From NCBI GenBank assembly GCA_009701845.1, contig WLJI01000001.1, positions 1 to 53,876 of the forward strand: a stretch of 53,876 bases of DNA, read 5' to 3'. The notes beneath the pieces are model-generated. The model did not search any database. It saw only the letters and a program-made list of their open reading frames with translations, and was not told where the DNA came from. The stretch is from Actinomycetota bacterium (GTDB lineage Bacteria; Actinomycetota; Acidimicrobiia; Acidimicrobiales; Microtrichaceae). Shown here in pieces: positions 45,251 through 53,876 of this stretch; position 1 is the first letter of the stretch; each line of letters opens with the position of its first letter. The translations under genes and the position numbers were made by a program.

Positions 45251-46509
45251 GGAACTGCTTGCTCTTGAATCATCTCTGCTACGCGCCGACCAGAGAACAA
45301 CGCCCCTTGGATTGAGGGTGTGTCTCGGTGATCGCCGCATACAAAGAGGCCATCGCTCAGTTTCACACGCCGCTTGGGCGCAAAGGGCGGGCCGCTCTCT
45401 GGTTGCGCATGCGCTATCACGTTGGTTTTCAGGTGAGTCCAGCCCCGAGCTTGGGTTCCGAACCACTCCTGCATCTGAACCCTGACTGCTTGGACTAGGT
45501 CAGACCCATACGCTCCCTCATAGGCCCGGGCCCCCAGATTTGGGCAGGCCGCCGCAATCAGAGCGCGGCCATCCGAGGAGTACTCGGGGGCCGCATTCGT
45601 CATGACCGCAACGTTGAGCGCCGGCCCGCTTTGGCAACTATCTAGGCCAATCAGCGGTTGCGTAAACGGGGGCTCATCTGCGGCAAACCAGACACAAGAA
45701 ACTGCCCGAGAGGCAACGGGAGCTAACCCCAACAGCCTTGCTGCAGCGGGGCCTTCGGTTGCGATAACTACGTTGTCTGCCAAAATCACTTGGCCGTCAA
45801 CAGTGGTCACTTGCCCCGAGCGCGCCTGCGCTACTGCAGTGTTGAGCCGCAGCGCATCATCGGGAATGCCAGCCGCAAGTTGCCGGGGAATCGCAGCCAT
45901 TCCAGCAGCCGGCACTGCAGACGAACCAACGGCTAGGCAATGCAGCACCACGTCGAACATCCGCCGACTTGCAGTGAGATCTGCATCCAGTTGGATGCCT
46001 CCTACGAGGGGGCGAAAAAAGCGATCAATCATCTTGGGGCTGAGGCCTTCGTTCTTGAGAGCCTGCATGGTGGTGATGTCTTCTGAGCGCAACAGCGCTT
46101 GTGGATCCGCTTGCCGGAGTCTGATCAAAAGCCGGGCGAGTCGCAGCTTGTCTGCCAGAGTTCCTACTGGGGCAAGGGCCGAAGCAAACGCTGCTGAAGG
46201 CTGACGCAAAGGATCGCCAACTCTGTGCAGTTTTTGGCCAAACCAGAGCAGTGCACCGGGGTCGAAGTTGCGCAGGTTTAGCGCAGGAAGATCGAGTTGA
46301 CGTTCAAGTTCCGGGTAGGCAGTCAGCAGGACTTGAAACCCGCGATCAAGCTTGAACCCGTCAACGAGATCCGTTCGCACTCTGCCACCCACGTCATCCG
46401 ATGACTCAAGAATCATCACAGATCGGCCGGCGCTCAGAAGAGTTTTTGCTGCAGCTAAACCAGCGAGTCCAGCGCCCACCACCACAACATCAAATCGCTC
46501 TTGGGCCAT
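45244..46509 (-). CDS. FAD-dependent oxidoreductase (amine oxidase / phytoene desaturase-like family)
   Basis: VVGAGLAGL, GGRVRTD, LDRGFQVL and CGDHRDTPSIQGALFSGRR. Confidence 0.88.
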   Translation of the reverse strand: MAQERFDVVVVGAGLAGLAAAKTLLSAGRSVMILESSDDVGGRVRTDLVDGFKLDRGFQVLLTAYPELERQLDLPALNLRNFDPGALLWFGQKLHRVGDPLRQPSAAFASALAPVGTLADKLRLARLLIRLRQADPQALLRSEDITTMQALKNEGLSPKMIDRFFRPLVGGIQLDADLTASRRMFDVVLHCLAVGSSAVPAAGMAAIPRQLAAGIPDDALRLNTAVAQARSGQVTTVDGQVILADNVVIATEGPAAARLLGLAPVASRAVSCVWFAADEPPFTQPLIGLDSCQSGPALNVAVMTNAAPEYSSDGRALIAAACPNLGARAYEGAYGSDLVQAVRVQMQEWFGTQARGWTHLKTNVIAHAQPESGPPFAPKRRVKLSDGLFVCGDHRDTPSIQGALFSGRRVAEMIQEQAVPN

Positions 46510-46549
46510 GGGTTGAACCTAGAACTCCCCTCGCCAAGAAGCCAGATAG

Positions 46550-47386
46550 CTAGGGGTGTTGGCTCGGATCGAACTGCTCGGCCAAGATCCGTTCAATCAC
46601 AACCGCTACCCCATCAGCATCATTTGAGAAAGTGACTTCATCGGCGGCATCCAAGAGGTGCTGGTGTGCATTCGCAACCGCCACGCCAAGACCAGCCCAG
46701 CGAATCAGCTCCAAGTCATTGGGCATGTCGCCGAATGCGGCCACCTGACTGGCATCCACATCTGAGGTATATAACAACTGCTCTACTGCAGCAGCTTTAT
46801 GAACAGACGGGTGCGACAGTTCAAGAAATGACTCGTCGATGGAATGGGTTACAAGAGCCCGATCCCCCACCACTTTTTGCATGGTGACCGAGGCACCCGA
46901 TGCCTCCGAACGTGGAAGGCGCACCATGAGCTTGAGAACCCCGGTCGTGAGAAAGGACCGAATAGGGCCAATTCGCAAACCTTCAAGCTTCCAGCTTGCG
47001 GCAAGGTCCTGACCCTTTTGTTCATACGACTCATCGATCGCAAACTCAAATCCTTGCTCGACTCCGAGCAATGCCTCGGGAAACGTAAGCTGAATCTCAT
47101 CGACAAGCTCAAGTGCAACTGCTGCTGCAATCTCGACGGTCGAAATGAGTTCGTGCTGGGCAGGGTCGTAGACCGCTGCACCATTGGCGCAGATCACTAG
47201 ACCCCTTTCGCCAAGCTGTTCCACCACTGGCGCAATCCACCGTGGCGGGCGGCCAGTCGCGATGATGAACTGCAGACCTGCATCCTCTGCATCACGGACT
47301 GCTCTTTGGGTTCGTTCCGACACAGTTCCGTCGGATCGCAGCAGCGTCCCGTCAAGGTCAGTAGCGATAGCTCGAAATCTCTTCAC
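46550..47386 (-). CDS. Cof-type HAD-IIB hydrolase
   Basis: DLDGTLL, ATGRP, NGA, K, FGDMPND and NDADGVA. Confidence 0.93.
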   Translation of the reverse strand: MKRFRAIATDLDGTLLRSDGTVSERTQRAVRDAEDAGLQFIIATGRPPRWIAPVVEQLGERGLVICANGAAVYDPAQHELISTVEIAAAVALELVDEIQLTFPEALLGVEQGFEFAIDESYEQKGQDLAASWKLEGLRIGPIRSFLTTGVLKLMVRLPRSEASGASVTMQKVVGDRALVTHSIDESFLELSHPSVHKAAAVEQLLYTSDVDASQVAAFGDMPNDLELIRWAGLGVAVANAHQHLLDAADEVTFSNDADGVAVVIERILAEQFDPSQHP

Positions 47387-47475
47387 CCTTCCAAACTAGA
47401 TGCTGTGGCGATTACTAAAAGCTATCGGCGGGATCGTCAGAAACGATCTGTTCCAGCAATGGACCTGAGGTACTC

Positions 47476-47505
47476 TGATACACGTTACCTATCACAAACC
47501 AATCA
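47476..47505 (+). promoter_or_regulatory. OxyR-box-like site upstream of ahpC
   Basis: TGATA-n9-TATCA dyad, equivalent to ATAC-n7-CTAT-n7-CAAT, similar to the OxyR ATAG-n7-CTAT repeat. Confidence 0.55.
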
Positions 47506-47523
47506 ACAGAAAGCAATCAATCC

Positions 47524-48087
47524 ATGCCTCGAATTAACTCCGAAGTGCTCCCATTTGCAGCAACCGCATACCACAATGGCGAATTTGTCGACCTGACCGA
47601 AGCCGATTTCAAAGGCAAATGGGCCGTTGTTTTCTTCTACCCAGCCGACTTCACCTTTGTCTGCCCCACCGAACTCGGCGACTTGGCTGACAATTATGCA
47701 GAGTTCGTCAAGCTTGGCGTAGAGATCTACTCGGTTTCTACCGACACTCACTTCACGCACAAGGCTTGGCACGACTCCTCAGAGACCATTGGCAAGCTTC
47801 AGTACCCAATGATTGCCGACCCAACCGGACAGATCTGCCGCAACTTTGACGTGCTCATTGAAGAGGCTGGCCTTGCCGACCGTGGAACCTTCGTCATTGA
47901 CCCAGCAGGCATCATTCAGCTCATCGAGGTCAACGCCGGCGGCATCGGCCGTAACGCCGCTGAACTGCTTCGCAAGGTGAAGGCTGCTCAGTATGTTGCA
48001 GCGCATCCAAATGAGGTCTGCCCAGCCAAGTGGGAAGAGGGCGAAGCCACCCTTACTCCAGGACTTGACCTAGTCGGCAAGATCTAA
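47524..48087 (+). CDS. ahpC: Alkyl hydroperoxide reductase C (2-Cys peroxiredoxin)
   Basis: [13 protein letters not shown] and EVCPAKW. Confidence 0.98.
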   Translation: MPRINSEVLPFAATAYHNGEFVDLTEADFKGKWAVVFFYPADFTFVCPTELGDLADNYAEFVKLGVEIYSVSTDTHFTHKAWHDSSETIGKLQYPMIADPTGQICRNFDVLIEEAGLADRGTFVIDPAGIIQLIEVNAGGIGRNAAELLRKVKAAQYVAAHPNEVCPAKWEEGEATLTPGLDLVGKI

Positions 48088-48093
48088 TTGCTC

Positions 48094-48150
48094 TGAAAGT
48101 GCGCCAAGCGGGGGCGGCCTTCGGACCGCTCCCGCTCAGGCACTCTTTCA
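48094..48150 (+). terminator. GC-rich stem-loop (cUUCGg) between ahpC and ahpF
   Basis: agcgggggcgg-cc-ttcg-ga-ccgctcccgct, extendable by tgaaag/ctttca. Confidence 0.65.
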
Positions 48151-48254
48151 CTCCCCCGGGCTCTCTCCCTCTCCCGGACTCTCGCTCTCCCCTCTCCCCC
48201 GCACACGGTGACGCCCACACGGCAGAGCCCCAAAGTTTCAAAGTGAAGATATCC

Positions 48255-49883
48255 ATGCTTGATCAGTCGCTCATCACCCAACTTGAAACGCACTTCAAGA
48301 AAATCTCTCTGCCCATAGAACTCGTGGCCACACTTGACCAGAGCTCAAAGTCGGCCGAGATGTTGGAGTTGCTCACGCAGATCGCAGGACTCTCGCAGCT
48401 CATCAGCCTGACTCAGTCCAGCGCCGAAGCAGATGAGCGCGTGCCCTCGTTTGCCATTAATCGGGTTGGCACTGATGTGAGCGTTCGCTTCGCAGGCATT
48501 CCACTCGGCCATGAGTTCACATCGCTAGTGCTTGCAATCCTGCAAGTCGGTGGCCACCCCTCAACGGCCTCGGAAGAGACGCTTGAACAGATCCGAAACA
48601 TTGAGGGCGAGTACTTCTTCGAGACCTTTTTCTCTCTCACCTGCCAAAACTGCCCCGACGTAGTCCAAGCGCTCAACTTGATGAGCACGGTCAATCCGAA
48701 CATCCACCATGTAGCGATCGATGGCGCGTTGTTCCAAGACGAGGTTGAGTCGCGACAGGTTTTGGCTGTGCCGAGTGTGTTCCTCAATGGAGAGGTCTTT
48801 GACCAAGGCCGGATGTCATTGGAGCAGATCGTCGCCAAACTTGATACAGGGTCAGCAGACCGAGCAGCAGAACGCATTGCTGCCGAAGCACCCTATGAGG
48901 TCTTGATTGTGGGCGGCGGTCCAGCGGGTGGTGCCGCAGCAATCTACTCAGCACGCAAGGGGATCCGAACCGGAATAGTCACCGAACGGTTTGGCGGCCA
49001 AGTCCTCGACACCATGGGAATCGAGAACTTCATTTCGGTCTCTCGCACCGAGGGGCCAAAGCTGGTGGCCGCACTCGAGCAACATGTTTATGACTACGAA
49101 GTAGATGTAATGAACCTGCAGACGGCCAAGCGTCTCACTGCGCCAAGCGAACAGACCGGAGGGTTGATCGAGGTTGAACTCGACAGCGGAGCAACTGTGC
49201 GGTCTCGTACCGTGGTGCTCTCTACTGGGGCGAGGTGGCGCTCGATGAACGTGCCCGGCGAGCAGGAATACCGAAACAAGGGAGTCACCTACTGCCCCCA
49301 CTGCGACGGGCCGCTCTTCAAGGGCAAGCGAGTTGCTGTGATCGGCGGAGGCAATTCTGGTGCCGAAGCCGCAATCGACCTAGCTGGCCTTGTTGCTCAT
49401 GTCACGCTGATTGAATTCGACGACCACCTACGCGCCGACGAAGTGCTTCAGCAAAAGCTTCGCAGCATGGACAACGTTGAGATCATTGTCAGTGCGCTGA
49501 CCACCGAGGTTCTCGGAGACGGCTCCAAGGTCACTGGCCTGAACTACCAAGAGCGCCAAAGCGGAAATATCAGCAGTCTGGAGCTCGACGGAATCTTCGT
49601 TCAGATCGGCCTGCTGCCAAATACGGAATGGCTCAAAGACACCATCGAGTTGTCGCCTCGCGGCGAGATCGTCATTAACGATCGCGGCCAGACCTCAATT
49701 CCAGGAGTGTTTGCGGCAGGAGACTGCACCACGGTGCCCTACAAGCAGATCATCATTGCCATGGGTGCCGGGTCGACTGCTGCGCTCAGCGCCTTTGACC
49801 ATCTGATTCGCAACGCTGCACCAGCAGAGGCACACGAGCATGCCGGCGCCGAGGCCAAACTGCTTGCCGAGGCTGGGGCCTAA
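48255..49883 (+). CDS. ahpF: Alkyl hydroperoxide reductase F
   Basis: [38 protein letters not shown] and YKQIII. Start ATG 48255. Confidence 0.97.
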   Translation: MLDQSLITQLETHFKKISLPIELVATLDQSSKSAEMLELLTQIAGLSQLISLTQSSAEADERVPSFAINRVGTDVSVRFAGIPLGHEFTSLVLAILQVGGHPSTASEETLEQIRNIEGEYFFETFFSLTCQNCPDVVQALNLMSTVNPNIHHVAIDGALFQDEVESRQVLAVPSVFLNGEVFDQGRMSLEQIVAKLDTGSADRAAERIAAEAPYEVLIVGGGPAGGAAAIYSARKGIRTGIVTERFGGQVLDTMGIENFISVSRTEGPKLVAALEQHVYDYEVDVMNLQTAKRLTAPSEQTGGLIEVELDSGATVRSRTVVLSTGARWRSMNVPGEQEYRNKGVTYCPHCDGPLFKGKRVAVIGGGNSGAEAAIDLAGLVAHVTLIEFDDHLRADEVLQQKLRSMDNVEIIVSALTTEVLGDGSKVTGLNYQERQSGNISSLELDGIFVQIGLLPNTEWLKDTIELSPRGEIVINDRGQTSIPGVFAAGDCTTVPYKQIIIAMGAGSTAALSAFDHLIRNAAPAEAHEHAGAEAKLLAEAGA

Positions 49884-50786
49884 GTGAATCTGCGAGATCT
49901 GCAGTACCTCGTTGCGGTTGCAGACCTACGACATTTTGGGCGTGCAGCCGAGGCCTGCTTCGTGAGCCAGCCCACCCTGTCTACTCAGATAAAGAAGTTG
50001 GAACGCGAGCTGAGCGGAGAACTCATCGAGCGCAATCCGCGTCAGATTCTGCTGACCGAGCTTGGGGCTGCGGTGGTTGAGCGAGCGCGAATCATTCTGG
50101 TTGAAAGCGACAACATTCGAGACCTTGCACGCCGCGCCGAGGACCCGGAGTCGGGCAGCTTAAGAATTGGGCTGTTCCCAACGCTTGCCCCGTACTTGTT
50201 GTCACATGTTGTTCCGCCGCTCCATGCACAGTTCCCAAAATTGGAGCTGCTGTTAGTCGAGGAAAAGACCTCGGTTGTGCTTGAGCAGCTTCGATCAGGA
50301 GAGCTCGACGTAGGAGTACTGGCCCTACCTGTTCACGATGAGCAACTACATCAAGAACTGCTGTTCTCAGAAGAGTTTCTGTTAGCTGTTCCCGCTGATC
50401 ACGCGTTGGGGAAGATTCACGAACCCGTTGATGTTTCAATTCTCGCGAATGAAAACCTGCTGTTGCTAGAAGAAGGCCATTGCCTGCGCGATCAGGCGCT
50501 TGCCATTTGTCAGCTCTCTGGGGCGAGCGAGCGGAGCGGCTTTCGGGCAACGAGCTTAGAGACACTTCGTCAGATGGTCGCAGCCGGTGTAGGTGTCACG
50601 CTGCTGCCAGAACTGGCAGTTCAGCCACCTATTCCAAACTCTCCGTCGATTTCACTCCTGCGGTTTTCTCAGCCTGTGCCAAAACGGCAGATCGCCATGT
50701 TCTGGAGAGAGACCAGCGTGTACGCGCAGTTCCTGCCGCAAGTAGCAGCGGTGATTCGTGAAATCATCGAGGATCTACTCCCATGA
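49884..50786 (+). CDS. oxyR: H2O2-sensing LysR regulator OxyR
   Basis: MNLRDLQYLVA...VSQPTLS, redox pair GHCLRDQALAIC, and ATSLETLRQMV. Confidence 0.95.
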   Translation: MNLRDLQYLVAVADLRHFGRAAEACFVSQPTLSTQIKKLERELSGELIERNPRQILLTELGAAVVERARIILVESDNIRDLARRAEDPESGSLRIGLFPTLAPYLLSHVVPPLHAQFPKLELLLVEEKTSVVLEQLRSGELDVGVLALPVHDEQLHQELLFSEEFLLAVPADHALGKIHEPVDVSILANENLLLLEEGHCLRDQALAICQLSGASERSGFRATSLETLRQMVAAGVGVTLLPELAVQPPIPNSPSISLLRFSQPVPKRQIAMFWRETSVYAQFLPQVAAVIREIIEDLLP

Positions 50787-50903
50787 AATCTGGCCCAAGT
50801 AGTGCCAGAGAGATAGGGTACCGGCGCTCTTGCATGATGAATGTTTGCCATCAGAATAGATAGGCCAGCCCTGAACGAGACACAGAATCCCTTACGAACA
50901 CGG

Positions 50904-51989
50904 ATGGAAATTCACCCCAAGCGCTCGTTGGGTCACGCCTCGGCTGCCATTGAAGCCGTTGCGGCACAGGCACCCTCGGGCGCAGTACTGATTTGCCTCG
51001 TTCAACATGCCAGCTACTTTTCGGCCGTCTCGGAGCAGTACGTTCGCTTGGCGCAAAAAGGCGTGACCGTGGTGGTGGCCTATACGGGCGATCGCGCACC
51101 AAGCCCCGGCCTGCACGAGGTTCATCTGGATCGAGAGAACCCCCTGTGCGCTCACTGGGCACTCAGTCTTCTCACCCCGGATTTGGGCGCCTATCTGACA
51201 GCCGAAGACTTGGTCTCATTCGACCCTCGACTTCAAGCTGTAGAACCCGGTCGTCAGTTCGCTGCGGCATGGGGGTTCGGTCGCAAGGATGCAGCCGACG
51301 TGGCCGAGTACTACATCGACCAAATTGAGTCTGCGTTAGCGCCAGAGGTCATCGACTCGTTTAGGGTGAGAATTGCCCATGCTCGACTGACAGATCCGTC
51401 GCCCGCCGAGGCTGCGTTGTGCGCAGCCACCGATGCGATTCTAGAGAGATCCATTCTTGTGGAGCACCGACTCGCGCAAGCGAGAACGGCGCTCGACCTT
51501 GAGACACTGGCCGCGTCACAGGACGCCCTGACCCAGTTGCTCAATCGAAGAGGGTTTGATCGATGGGCATGCCTTGATGAAGTTGTCGGTGTGCCCCTGC
51601 CGCGCGTTGGCCTTATTTTGATTGACCTGGACCACTTCAAAGCAGTGAACGACCGCCTCGGCCACCAAGCAGGTGACCGATTGTTACAGGAAATATCGAA
51701 AGTCTTACGAGACGGAACTAGACCGAGCGACGTCGTGTGCCGTTGGGGCGGAGACGAATTCTTGATCGCATGCCCGAGCGCAGAGCTCGAGGAACTTTCC
51801 GAGATTGCTGAGCGACTCATCTCTGCCATATCGGCACTCGACGCTGAGGGTATGTCAATCAGCGCATCGGCCGGGCTTCGTGTGGGCTCACTCTCTGCAG
51901 AAGGTCTACTCGAAGCAGACTCTGCGCTCTACGAGGCCAAGTCACGCGGCGGTAATTCGACGATGGCGGCTTCACGTCCCCAGCCCTAA
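50904..51989 (+). CDS. Diguanylate cyclase with an N-terminal DICT sensor domain
   Basis: DICT-like KRSL..S.AIE...Q...YF...Y..LA...V.V...L....PL..HW. GGDEF domain DALTQLLNRR, DLDHFK.VND and RWGGDEF, with I-site RPSD. The ORF extends to 50841. Confidence 0.88.
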   Translation: MEIHPKRSLGHASAAIEAVAAQAPSGAVLICLVQHASYFSAVSEQYVRLAQKGVTVVVAYTGDRAPSPGLHEVHLDRENPLCAHWALSLLTPDLGAYLTAEDLVSFDPRLQAVEPGRQFAAAWGFGRKDAADVAEYYIDQIESALAPEVIDSFRVRIAHARLTDPSPAEAALCAATDAILERSILVEHRLAQARTALDLETLAASQDALTQLLNRRGFDRWACLDEVVGVPLPRVGLILIDLDHFKAVNDRLGHQAGDRLLQEISKVLRDGTRPSDVVCRWGGDEFLIACPSAELEELSEIAERLISAISALDAEGMSISASAGLRVGSLSAEGLLEADSALYEAKSRGGNSTMAASRPQP

Positions 51990-51995
51990 ATACCC

Positions 51996-52631
51996 CTAGG
52001 CGCTCATTTCTGACTTGATGCGAGCTAGTTCCTTGGCCTTCGTTCTGCCTAAGGCGGGCCAGAAGTCTTGGATGGGGAAGGGGAACTCAAGATCGCACCA
52101 GCGTTTTCCAACAATGAGTTCAATCCCGTAGTACTCCATGAACTTGCCGGAACCTTTACCCCGCTGTTTGGGCGATGACAACCCTGCCGTTTTAACCCAC
52201 TCCTCCTCAGTCAGCTCACCCTCTGTGTTCCAGTAAGGCTGATGCCAGGTAGTTTCCTCGGCCCCATCCCCGGTGCGTGGGTCCCACCAAGCCTGAAACA
52301 CATAACCAGTTACCGGGTTCAGATGCTGAACCAGTTGCTTGTTAAGCGCAGAGATACTTTTCACCTCGATCAGCCGCAGAAAATCTGCAAGGTTGCGTAC
52401 CACTCCGTCGGAGGTGACCTCGCTCAGCTGGCCTTGCCAGTTGCAGGCCAGACAGCCGTAACTACCTGTCCCAAGAGAACAGCCACCAATGTAAATTTCG
52501 GTTTCATTCTCTGCGAACTCAAACGTTGGATAACCCCACAGGATGGGCCTGATCTTGTCCTTCGCACAGTTCGGGCAGAGCGCCGGGGTGTTGACCGGAT
52601 GCTGCATCAGGCTGGGCTCATACAAGCTCAT
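51996..52631 (-). CDS. Hypothetical protein with an N-terminal Zn-ribbon-like Cys cluster
   Basis: CPNC...PILWGYP...IGGC...CLAC. ATGA overlap with the upstream gene. Confidence 0.7.
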   Translation of the reverse strand: MSLYEPSLMQHPVNTPALCPNCAKDKIRPILWGYPTFEFAENETEIYIGGCSLGTGSYGCLACNWQGQLSEVTSDGVVRNLADFLRLIEVKSISALNKQLVQHLNPVTGYVFQAWWDPRTGDGAEETTWHQPYWNTEGELTEEEWVKTAGLSSPKQRGKGSGKFMEYYGIELIVGKRWCDLEFPFPIQDFWPALGRTKAKELARIKSEMSA

Positions 52632-53875
52632 GATGGGCCTCCTTCGCCCAGTTCGTACTCCTCAAGTGCCATGACTGCTGCTGCTTGAAAGGCTTTGGGG
52701 CCGTACTGCCAGGTGCGGAGTTGTTTGCCCGCAGCGACAAGCGCCTCTTTTGCTTGTAGTTCTTGTAGGTGGACCAGCCAAGCGGCTGCAGAGGTTGGTG
52801 TTCGGTTTGCTGCGGCTACGCAATGCACAAACACTTTGCGGTCTTCGAGCAGGTACTGATCAAGCCCTTCAACAAGTTCCTTGAGTAACAACGGAAGGTT
52901 GGGGTTATCGGCTTCGTTCGAGTCGATAAAGCCCAGCACATGGTGCTCTACGCCTAAGGGAACCTCATCTGTTCCCATGCGGCACAACGACACCACTGTG
53001 TCTGCCCCATCAGCTACTGCACCAGCTAGTGCCCCGACGTTTCCGAACTCGATTCCAGAAATTTCGAGTCGATACGGGCGGTCGCCGAAGGTCTGTTCGT
53101 AGTACGGCAGCCAGGTCTCTCGATCGGGCCACGGGTTTGTGGGGTCGCCGCTCATGTACACACCCCTAGCTAGGCGCTCTAGGTCTGCACAGTGACGAAC
53201 TTCTTCGTTATAGACACGGTGTCCGTGCAACTTTCGTCGCCATTGGAATGGTAAGGCAGTTACTCCCCAACGTGCCCCGAGGAGGGCGCCCGCAATTGCG
53301 GCCACGGTGTCGGTGTCTCCACCGGCTCGCACAATCTTCTCGAGGACTAGCTGCACGTGCATTCCATGACACGGCCCGTCTGGGACGGGAGTGGAGCAGA
53401 TGGCAGCTAGTGCTGCTTGAAAGGCGTGCACTACCCAGCCGTTATTGGTGAAGTCCCTTGGGTCTGCAGTTGTTGCTTCTTCAATCAGGTGAACCCAGCG
53501 CTGTTGGCGCTGTGCCGTGGGCAGGTACTCAACGGCATCAAGTAGTGGCTCTGCCCAGTCCCACGGGGTTGCCGAGCCGGGGGCGTTGTGCAGCGTGTGG
53601 TCAATTGCGACTGACCACAACACACATGCGTCCACACAATCCGCTGCGGCGTGCGTCAACTCAGAGACACTCCTTGCCAATGCGGCAATCGCCTCTGGGT
53701 TTTCTGGGTACGCAAGTGCAATTGGGCCGGTTCGCATCAGGCTCCCGTTGCCGGCTGGCACGGGAAAGGTATTCCTGCAGTAAGACGCAGCCCTTTCTGC
53801 CAGAGGATGCACGCCCGAGAGCACGGCACTGGTTTGAATTCCTACGTCGGCCGGGCCACTGCTGAACCAGTCTCG
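52628..53875 (-). CDS. ADP-ribosylglycohydrolase fused to a C-terminal dual-specificity/PTP-type phosphatase (5'-partial)
   Basis: W...PADVGIQT, GNGSLMR, SELTH and GGDTDTVAAIAGALLGARWG. C-terminal VFVHCVAAANRT (CX5R). Frame is open to the window edge. Confidence 0.9.
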   Translation of the reverse strand, partial: RDWFSSGPADVGIQTSAVLSGVHPLAERAASYCRNTFPVPAGNGSLMRTGPIALAYPENPEAIAALARSVSELTHAAADCVDACVLWSVAIDHTLHNAPGSATPWDWAEPLLDAVEYLPTAQRQQRWVHLIEEATTADPRDFTNNGWVVHAFQAALAAICSTPVPDGPCHGMHVQLVLEKIVRAGGDTDTVAAIAGALLGARWGVTALPFQWRRKLHGHRVYNEEVRHCADLERLARGVYMSGDPTNPWPDRETWLPYYEQTFGDRPYRLEISGIEFGNVGALAGAVADGADTVVSLCRMGTDEVPLGVEHHVLGFIDSNEADNPNLPLLLKELVEGLDQYLLEDRKVFVHCVAAANRTPTSAAAWLVHLQELQAKEALVAAGKQLRTWQYGPKAFQAAAVMALEEYELGEGGPS

Positions 53876-53876
53876 G

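Noticed and set aside
48099-48254. N-terminal extension of ahpF
   Set aside because: It translates the intergenic hairpin and CT-rich tract. AhpF homology starts at MLDQ (48255).
1-53876. Prophage, IS, integron, tRNA or rRNA
   Set aside because: No integrase, transposase or phage structural motifs, terminal inverted repeats or tRNA T-loop/cloverleaf patterns were recognised by eye.

Overview
This is a 53.9-kb, gene-dense, moderately GC-rich bacterial chromosomal window. It is most likely from an actinobacterium, and an Acidimicrobiia-like one is inferred from WhiB, the F420-dependent Ddn-family reductase, the CYP130-like P450, heliorhodopsin and the Pro/Thr-linker lipoproteins. I found no rRNA, tRNA, CRISPR array, integrase or transposase. 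In order, the window holds: partial xth; a cupin-amidohydrolase-MarR operon; an unannotated 52-aa prelipopeptide with its own terminator; carotenoid oxygenase plus DinB; whiB; several flavoenzymes; amt with an orphan OmpR-type wHTH regulator and phased GlnR-like boxes; ndh; an FMN glutamate-synthase-like / HPPD-like / ZIP operon; malic enzyme; galM; cydABDC; and a P450. Next comes a run of exported lipoproteins (DUF1800-DUF1501, S1 protease with FG-GAP repeats, a polyesterase-like hydrolase, a Tat DyP peroxidase) interleaved with an MFS, a STAND-ATPase regulator and a sulfatase. The window ends with a heliorhodopsin with unusual Schiff-base-cavity substitutions, ahpC-ahpF-oxyR, a DICT-GGDEF cyclase and a partial ADP-ribosylglycohydrolase-phosphatase fusion coupled to a Zn-ribbon protein. 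Short tandem duplications, mostly 15 bp, recur at gene ends throughout. Family assignments come from motif recognition by eye, not database searches.
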